Source: a virus
DNA: 64,000 bases
Virus record (IMG/VR): IMGVR_UViG_3300027810_000002
Coordinates: 1-64,000 of that record
Direction: 5' to 3' (one strand)
The notes below the pieces were generated by a model. It was not told where the DNA came from. It saw only the letters and a program-made list of their open reading frames with translations, and ran no database searches. Positions 27,231 through 34,041 of this stretch are shown here, one piece after another (position 1 is the stretch's first letter; each line of letters begins with the position of its first letter). The translations under genes and the position numbers were made by a program.

Positions 27231-29120
27231 TTATATATCTTGGTTATTTATGAATTGTTCAAAGGTCATCATGCTGTTATCTAATTCGATTGATTCTGAA
27301 ACCAAGTCCATTGATTTTTCAAGTTCAGACTTTAAAGTGCCATACATTCCATGAATAGCCTTTGGCGTCATTTTCTTAAAAGTCTTTTCGTCTCCGTCTA
27401 TCATCGCATTTCTAACTTGAGTTGCTGAGATATTGTCATCTGTTCTTGGAATTTCAAATAATCCAAAGTCAGATCTTACGTTTAATTGATCTCTATATGA
27501 ATCATTATTAACTTGATATCCATAACCTTTTAATCTATCTGTTCCAGTTCCCCATAAGGTTGGCTCATACTTAGGTCTTAGTGCATTGAATATAGTATCG
27601 ATTCCTCCAGTCGGTATAATAAGAATTTCTTTTAGAAACTTATATTGCTTTTTAACATTGTTAAACATTTTAATTTGTAAGTCCGAATCGTATGGTTTTG
27701 AAAATTCATCTCCTTTTTTACGTTTTGGATTTTTAGATTTAACTAAAAGCACTACTACTGGAAATCCATTCTCTTTATGAATAGCCTCTAATACTTTGGC
27801 ATGACCTAATGTAAATGGTTGGAATCTACCAACAAACATATTTACTTGCTCTTTACCTTGTTCAGCGTGTTTTACGTTTAATGCCTCATTTAAGCTTACT
27901 GATGTTTTAATCTTATTGTGCATCATAAAATTATTGTAATCATATATTGAATTCTCATCTGTATTTTCAACGAACACTAATTCGTTTATTTTATCAACCA
28001 CGCTATTTAACTGCAAGACCATATCATCATTAATTATATCTGTTGCTTTAGTCTTTTGCTTTCTAAATGTTCCGATTGTTATTTTAAATAGAGAAGATAA
28101 AACTTCGTTTGATACGTGTGTTAGTGTTTTATCGTTCTTGATGAAATTTGTATTTAACTTAAAAGAACTTGAATTTGAAAACTCTGCGTTATCAAAGTTA
28201 ACTCCAATATATCTCGAAGCATTCTTAGAAATATAGTCATTAAATACTACTGACATTAATTCTAAATATCTGCGATTTGCATCTTCTTCATTTAATTGAA
28301 TTTCTTTAAAGTCATATGTTGTAAAGTGCTCTAGTATATCTGCTATCGCGATTTGATACATGTGAGAACTTTCTCTTTTTTCACTTATATTAGTTTTTGT
28401 AAAATCTTCTAATTTAAATGAAGTTATCTTTTTTCCTTCTGAGAAGTTTAAAACCAATCCTTCAATTTCTTGTTCTAAATCATGTTGTAAAACAGTAGAG
28501 TTTGAGCTTGGATTAAATATCTTATATATTTCTTTTGTAAAGCTTGTTTCAGCTTCAGTTTCAATATCATAATCAAATGACTCTGAAAATTCTTTGTCAT
28601 TCATCTCTAATAATTTGATTAATCTATCAACCTGTACTTGGTCTAACACTCCATCAAAAATAACTTCTTGTTTTTGAGTGTCTAATACTTTAGCCCACTT
28701 AGATATAATCGCCGGATCTATTATAGTCTTTTTAACTTTATTAGATTCGCTCATATGTTGAACGTGAGTTAGTATTAAATTATTGGTTGGTACTTTATCA
28801 TATGATATTGAAGATACGTTTGTTTCTGGTAAATATTCAAATCCAAATCTATAATCAGATGGTAGCTCTTCTTTGCTTTCTGGATTTAAACTTTGAATAT
28901 GTTTAATAGCAACTTCATATAATGACATTATAGTTCTATCAATGATTGTAAGAGGATTTCCATTCGAAGATTTATAATATTCAAATTTATCATTTACTCT
29001 CCTAACATAAAATGATGGAGCTGAGATTTTCTCAACTACCATTACTCTATTTTTTAATAGCCTTTGGAACTCGTTAGCATTTGCTGATTGAAAATGCTCT
29101 CTTAATTTTTGTAATGCCAT
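27231..29120 (-). CDS. Degenerate ligase-like N-terminal domain fused to a cytidylyltransferase/NMNAT-like domain
   Basis: C-domain VGRFQPFTLGH ... GTDR ... ISATQVR; N-domain VVEKISA and EIEGLVL resemble nucleotidyltransferase motifs I and IV; C-terminal MMTFEQFIN. Confidence 0.7.
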   Translation of the reverse strand: MALQKLREHFQSANANEFQRLLKNRVMVVEKISAPSFYVRRVNDKFEYYKSSNGNPLTIIDRTIMSLYEVAIKHIQSLNPESKEELPSDYRFGFEYLPETNVSSISYDKVPTNNLILTHVQHMSESNKVKKTIIDPAIISKWAKVLDTQKQEVIFDGVLDQVQVDRLIKLLEMNDKEFSESFDYDIETEAETSFTKEIYKIFNPSSNSTVLQHDLEQEIEGLVLNFSEGKKITSFKLEDFTKTNISEKRESSHMYQIAIADILEHFTTYDFKEIQLNEEDANRRYLELMSVVFNDYISKNASRYIGVNFDNAEFSNSSSFKLNTNFIKNDKTLTHVSNEVLSSLFKITIGTFRKQKTKATDIINDDMVLQLNSVVDKINELVFVENTDENSIYDYNNFMMHNKIKTSVSLNEALNVKHAEQGKEQVNMFVGRFQPFTLGHAKVLEAIHKENGFPVVVLLVKSKNPKRKKGDEFSKPYDSDLQIKMFNNVKKQYKFLKEILIIPTGGIDTIFNALRPKYEPTLWGTGTDRLKGYGYQVNNDSYRDQLNVRSDFGLFEIPRTDDNISATQVRNAMIDGDEKTFKKMTPKAIHGMYGTLKSELEKSMDLVSESIELDNSMMTFEQFINNQDI

Positions 29121-29149
29121 ATTTTTTTATTAATTTTCTTAATTATTGA

Positions 29150-29863
29150 TTATGCAAATGCTTCAATATCCCACTGGATTCTCTGCATCGGATCTTCTCC
29201 TCTAAAGTTCTTCTTTACCCAATCAATAAGTCCATTTTCGTTTTTAGCATTTTGTGCCATATCAAAAGCATTGAATGCTCCTCCGTTTGCTGCCATGTCT
29301 TCTAACCACTGATCATATTTCTTTTGATTCCATTTAACCTTCTTAGCGGCCTTCTTATGTGGACCATCTCCTAATTTAGAAGTAGCTGCATCATAAGAAC
29401 CTGGAAGAAATACTCCAGTTGTTCCTTTACCATATCCGATTTGCTTTCTAAACCTTCTTAGTGAATAATTAGCAATATCGATTTGCTTTTTTGTAGAAAC
29501 TTCTCCTTGCTTTTTACCAAGCTCTCTTTTCATTTCTTCAGCAGTTTTTTCGTCAGTTTCAAAATGCAGTGCTTTTGTTAAATCTGCAATATTATCAAAT
29601 TTACCTTCAGTAATCACTGATTCACTAAATAATCTCTTACCTGTTTTATCTTCTAAATGTATAAGTGCTTTAGGATATTTTTCTTGCATTACATTAAATG
29701 TAGCAGGAGCAACTTCTGGAGTACTTACAGGTTCTTGATGGATAACTTTACCATCTTGTACAACTACAATAACAGCAGGATAACTTCCTTGCTTTGCTGT
29801 TTTATGTACTTTACCTTTATTAGCCTCAGCTATAAAACTTTCAAATAATTTTACTTTTTTCAT
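29150..29863 (-). CDS. Putative internal head protein, two modules
   Basis: MKKVKLFESFIAEA N-terminus; internal ESVITEG linker at 29604-29623. Confidence 0.65.
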   Translation of the reverse strand: MKKVKLFESFIAEANKGKVHKTAKQGSYPAVIVVVQDGKVIHQEPVSTPEVAPATFNVMQEKYPKALIHLEDKTGKRLFSESVITEGKFDNIADLTKALHFETDEKTAEEMKRELGKKQGEVSTKKQIDIANYSLRRFRKQIGYGKGTTGVFLPGSYDAATSKLGDGPHKKAAKKVKWNQKKYDQWLEDMAANGGAFNAFDMAQNAKNENGLIDWVKKNFRGEDPMQRIQWDIEAFA

Positions 29864-29870
29864 AATATAT

Positions 29871-31160
29871 TTATCCTCCGTATTTTATGATACCCATTAG
29901 CTGGTTGATTGCTGCAAAAGTACCTGTTAGTTTCATTGTTTTTCCTTTATATACAAATACAATACCTTCAGTTGGTATAATTGATTCAACACCTCCGATT
30001 CGATCTAATCTTTCTAACTCTGAAATTACTTTATTAACTTGAGCAACTTCTCCACCCTTTTTAATTTTGTCAGCTTCAGTTCTAATTTGATTATGTAGTC
30101 TTTGCATTTCAGCGTCTGGATTAGCTGCAACAAAATTACTTGCATTTTTAAGAATGATAGATCCTAGTTCTAAGAAAAGGTCTTCAAACGGTCTAATGTT
30201 TTCTTTTTGTTTTACTTTAATATCTTCTTTATCAAATTTCTTTATAGCGGCTGCTTCGTCTTTACCAATCTCTTTTGCAAGTGATCTCATATTTAACGTC
30301 TTTTTGTCGCCATAGGCCCATCTTAATAATAAACCTTCTTTATAGTCTTGTTGTAAATCTGGAAAACTTGTATCAATTGTTTCTCTCCACCACATTTCGT
30401 GATATTTAGAAACTTGATCAGAGTCTGCTAATTTATATTTGTTCTTTAGATCTTCTACTTTCTTAATAAATTTAGCTTTATTCTTTTCAAAATCTAAATC
30501 TTTTCCTAATTTAATAATTTGCGGTGGGATAACTGTAAATGTTTTACCAACATTAATTTTAAGATCTTTCATTGCTTTCGCTATTGATCTTGCTGGTTTG
30601 TTATCATCTCCTATAATGTTTCCTTCTCCGTCTGTTTTCTTAATACCATGAAATTGAATAACATCACGATCATAATAAATTACATTTGGATTCTTAGAGT
30701 AAATTAACTCCATGTTCATCCAGTTTTTACCATTATCGAAAACTTCTAAATCTTTAGGGGATAATTTATTTAGCGAGTTTGCTAAGTCTTCTGCTGCGAA
30801 TTGAAAAGTATCTTGTACTAATTTACTTGGATGTCCTTCGAACTTTTGACTAAACGTAGCAAGATCCATTGGATTCTTTAATTCACCTTTATTTCTAGCA
30901 AATTTAACCTCTCCATCTTGTACTGTTGCAAATACGTTTTGGCCATCTGTTTTTTCAGTTGCTTCTTCCTCAAAGTTTAGTTCACCTTGTAAACCTGCCT
31001 CGATAATTTTCTTAAAATCTCCGAATGTTAAATCTTTTTCATCAAATGGATGGGACATGTGTCCTGCTGCTCCACCTTCTAAAATTAACTGAGAATCTTC
31101 TAATAATTCTTGATTTGTCCTTTCGACTAAAAAGTCTTGAAATGATAATAGTTTTTTCAT
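29871..31160 (-). CDS. RNA-ligase-like nucleotidyltransferase-fold protein with a capsid-targeting propeptide
   Basis: MKKLLSFQDFLVE...LILE/GGAAGHMSHPF; motif I TEKTDG, EGIVF (motif IV), KLTG (motif V). Confidence 0.65.
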   Translation of the reverse strand: MKKLLSFQDFLVERTNQELLEDSQLILEGGAAGHMSHPFDEKDLTFGDFKKIIEAGLQGELNFEEEATEKTDGQNVFATVQDGEVKFARNKGELKNPMDLATFSQKFEGHPSKLVQDTFQFAAEDLANSLNKLSPKDLEVFDNGKNWMNMELIYSKNPNVIYYDRDVIQFHGIKKTDGEGNIIGDDNKPARSIAKAMKDLKINVGKTFTVIPPQIIKLGKDLDFEKNKAKFIKKVEDLKNKYKLADSDQVSKYHEMWWRETIDTSFPDLQQDYKEGLLLRWAYGDKKTLNMRSLAKEIGKDEAAAIKKFDKEDIKVKQKENIRPFEDLFLELGSIILKNASNFVAANPDAEMQRLHNQIRTEADKIKKGGEVAQVNKVISELERLDRIGGVESIIPTEGIVFVYKGKTMKLTGTFAAINQLMGIIKYGG

Positions 31161-31164
31161 ATTG

Positions 31165-31467
31165 TTATTTTGACCAAGGATGATTCTTAGCCACCATTTT
31201 TTTAAAGTTAATAAGTCCTAAAACATCTCTGTCCTTTAAATCATGATGCAATCTGTAATCGTCGTGATTATATCGCCAATGAGCTTCTTTAGAACCCTTT
31301 CTGTGACCATATGTGACATCATCTTTTTTATCGTAAATTATTACGTTATCTGGGTGAAGTTCCTTGTATGACTCTTTAAACTTGTCGAAGGTATACCCTA
31401 CGACCTCATTATAAGTCCTGAATATTCCTTCACTAACAAATTGTTCGTATAATTTAATATGTTTCAT
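31165..31467 (-). CDS. Putative internal head protein
   Basis: MKHIKLYEQFVSEG. Confidence 0.65.
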   Translation of the reverse strand: MKHIKLYEQFVSEGIFRTYNEVVGYTFDKFKESYKELHPDNVIIYDKKDDVTYGHRKGSKEAHWRYNHDDYRLHHDLKDRDVLGLINFKKMVAKNHPWSK

Positions 31468-31470
31468 CGT

Positions 31471-31791
31471 TTAATAATTTTTATGTCCTCCATTGATTCT
31501 TTCAATCTCATCATATTCTCTTCTAGAATAATTAGATGAGTCTCCGGAAATACTAATACCAGAACTTCCACCGTAAGTCATTCCAGCTTTCATTAATTTT
31601 TCATCAATGTCTTCTGCAATATAGTCAGGTGCGTCGCTACCTATAATAATATCAATTTCATTCCATTTAGTAACTAACATTACTGTAAATGGATATTTTG
31701 ATTTACTTAATATTTTAACTACTTTGTCAAAATATTTTTTATCTACTTTTGCTTCGTTTACGAATTGTTCAAATAATCTAATATGCTGCAT
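31471..31791 (-). CDS. Putative internal head protein
   Basis: MQHIRLFEQFVNEA. Confidence 0.65.
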   Translation of the reverse strand: MQHIRLFEQFVNEAKVDKKYFDKVVKILSKSKYPFTVMLVTKWNEIDIIIGSDAPDYIAEDIDEKLMKAGMTYGGSSGISISGDSSNYSRREYDEIERINGGHKNY

Positions 31792-31792
31792 C

Positions 31793-32443
31793 TTATTTAT
31801 TCATTATATCTTTTAAAGTGTCAGCCATGCCTCTACCAAAAGAATAGCTTGAGTTTTGTAATCCAATTGTATCATAATTTGTACCAGTACTGTAGTTAAT
31901 CATAACTCCACCGTCTGATGAGTTATACTGATCTAATACAAACATTAATTCGTAAATCTCTTGAAACATTTTATCTTTAACGGATTTATTAATTCCTCCA
32001 CCGCATGTAACTGCGATTAAATAAGAATTATTACCATTGCTAAAGTTTGCTCTACCATCAATAGTACCACCTACTGTAGATCTCATTGTTCCAGAATATC
32101 CACCAGCAGCTCCTGTTGAAGATTGTTCAACTTCATTTTTCTTATATTTCTTAATTACCTTAGAAATCTTCTCTGCTAATTGATATGCGTTTCTTCCTTG
32201 AAATACATCATAAGAATCTTGTTCGATATCTCCTTGAACATTTAGATGTTCTTTGTAGTTTGGTAATTTACCGGATTTTGCAGATGCTTCCGCTTTTGCT
32301 AATACTTTTTCGTATGAACTTCCCCATTTTTCAACAGCGATCTTTGCGATTCTAACTTTATCTTCTAATTTAGCTTTAATACCTTTTTTATCAAAAGATA
32401 CTGCTTCATTTATAAAAGATTCAAATAATTTTACTGGTTTCAT
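31793..32443 (-). CDS. Putative internal head protein
   Basis: MKPVKLFESFINEA. Confidence 0.65.
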   Translation of the reverse strand: MKPVKLFESFINEAVSFDKKGIKAKLEDKVRIAKIAVEKWGSSYEKVLAKAEASAKSGKLPNYKEHLNVQGDIEQDSYDVFQGRNAYQLAEKISKVIKKYKKNEVEQSSTGAAGGYSGTMRSTVGGTIDGRANFSNGNNSYLIAVTCGGGINKSVKDKMFQEIYELMFVLDQYNSSDGGVMINYSTGTNYDTIGLQNSSYSFGRGMADTLKDIMNK

Positions 32444-32460
32444 TGTTTTTATATTTTAAT

Positions 32461-33306
32461 TTATGATATGTCCATTGCGTCATCATGATCACATACAATA
32501 CCTTTTTTAGCTATTTGTTTACATAAAGCATCTAGCTCATCAGTTTCGTATGTTGATGGAACTTTATCTGTTATTTTAATAGATTTTAGAAAGGCTTGTA
32601 CTTCGTCTAATCCGAATTTAACCCTATGACCTACATTTGATGTTTTTGCAACATCATATAAATACGCTCCATAAAATCTACCACGCTGTTCTGTGTATGT
32701 AAAATTAATTCCTTTAACTCTGAAAGGTTCGTTTTGAGCAGATATTGCCTTTGCTTCGCTTACGAATTGTTCAAATAATTGTACGTGTTTCATTGTATAT
32801 TCACTTTTTTCTATTTTATTATATATCTCACTCATACTCAACATATCTTTAATACTATTGATAAATGCATCAGCAGGAACCCTATGACCTCCGTCATATA
32901 CTGTATGATTAAAAGATACTTTATTGTCTTTAAAGTATTTTCTTACTTCTTTTCCGCTAACGACTGAATCGCTCTTGCCAAATCTTATTTCTATTTTAGT
33001 CTTTTTTAAATCAGAATCATCTACGACTGGATCGAATGTTCTACCAACCATTGCTGGATTAAATAACAACACTGGGATTGAAAGCTTGCTTCCAATTAAA
33101 TAAGAAACATATCCTCCCATTGAAGATCCTACAATAAGATCTGGATTTAATGATTTAATATCTTTGTATAATTTATCAAAAGTACTATCATCTCTATAGT
33201 TTATTGATGGCATATAAGCCTTGTCAAAGTTTTCATTTAAAAATATAATCTTTGGGTCTTTTTGATCAATACTAGATTCTAAACCATGTAAATACGCTAT
33301 CTTCAT
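32461..33306 (-). CDS. YqiA-like alpha/beta hydrolase fused in frame to a capsid-targeted module
   Basis: YLHGLES, nucleophile elbow GSSMGG, SDSVV, GGH; then internal MKHVQLFEQFVSEA (ATG at 32793). Confidence 0.75.
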   Translation of the reverse strand: MKIAYLHGLESSIDQKDPKIIFLNENFDKAYMPSINYRDDSTFDKLYKDIKSLNPDLIVGSSMGGYVSYLIGSKLSIPVLLFNPAMVGRTFDPVVDDSDLKKTKIEIRFGKSDSVVSGKEVRKYFKDNKVSFNHTVYDGGHRVPADAFINSIKDMLSMSEIYNKIEKSEYTMKHVQLFEQFVSEAKAISAQNEPFRVKGINFTYTEQRGRFYGAYLYDVAKTSNVGHRVKFGLDEVQAFLKSIKITDKVPSTYETDELDALCKQIAKKGIVCDHDDAMDIS

Positions 33307-33321
33307 CTTTATCTTTATCTT

Positions 33322-33383
33322 ATTTGTTATATGTAAATATAAACAAAAAAAATGACATAAAAAAATATTATGCCACTTATTTT
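33322..33383 (-). promoter_or_regulatory. Terminator plus early promoter cassette, copy 3
   Basis: TGGCATAA...TTATGTCA hairpin, T-run, TGTTTATATTTACATATAACAAAT. Confidence 0.68.
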
Positions 33384-33391
33384 GATTTATT

Positions 33392-33985
33392 TTAAGTTTT
33401 AGGTCTTCCTAATAATATCTTATCGTGCATTTTGCCTCCAAGTTTTCTAGAATACCAGCCATTTCCAGGTGATCCTTCTTTTAAACCTATCCAATCTACT
33501 TTTTTACCTAATACCTTTTCAACAGTTTCTAGATCTGAAACTAAAGGTACATTATATGAATCTAATAAGATCTCTGCGATCCTACCTGAAACTTCAATGT
33601 AAAAACCTAACTTATTAAGATCTCTTCCTCTAGCAGCGATGTATTCTCTTTTTGCTGCGGAAGTACCATCATGACCTACTCCTGAATATTTTACTCCGAA
33701 TTTGGTTTTTTTACCAAACATTATCATATCGAAATCTTCATCTCCGTGAAGGTCTAGACCTTCCCAATAATTCCAATCTGGATCTCCAAAAACATCGTCT
33801 GGCGATTTAATCTTTGCATGTCCACCTATTACAGAATATGCAGTAGATATTAACTCAAAGAATTCCCCAGCAAGCTCTGGATATTTTTTATGGTTAAACT
33901 TAGTAATTTTACCTCTCTTAGGTTTAATTAATTCACCACTAGTTTTTTCATTGATAAATTCTTCGTATAACTTTATATGTCTCAT
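33392..33985 (-). CDS. Putative internal head protein
   Basis: Likely start MRHIKLYEEFINEK at 33985; the track start at 34006 lies in a hairpin. Confidence 0.65.
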   Translation of the reverse strand: MRHIKLYEEFINEKTSGELIKPKRGKITKFNHKKYPELAGEFFELISTAYSVIGGHAKIKSPDDVFGDPDWNYWEGLDLHGDEDFDMIMFGKKTKFGVKYSGVGHDGTSAAKREYIAARGRDLNKLGFYIEVSGRIAEILLDSYNVPLVSDLETVEKVLGKKVDWIGLKEGSPGNGWYSRKLGGKMHDKILLGRPKT

Positions 33986-34001
33986 CTTGATATATTGTAA
34001 A

Positions 34002-34033
34002 AGCATGACCTTGAAAAATCTAGGCCATGCTTA
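34002..34033 (-). terminator. Hairpin/terminator after the 746-aa gene
   Basis: AAGCATGGCCT...AGGTCATGCTT inverted repeat followed by TT. Confidence 0.5.
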
Positions 34034-34041
34034 ACTTATTT

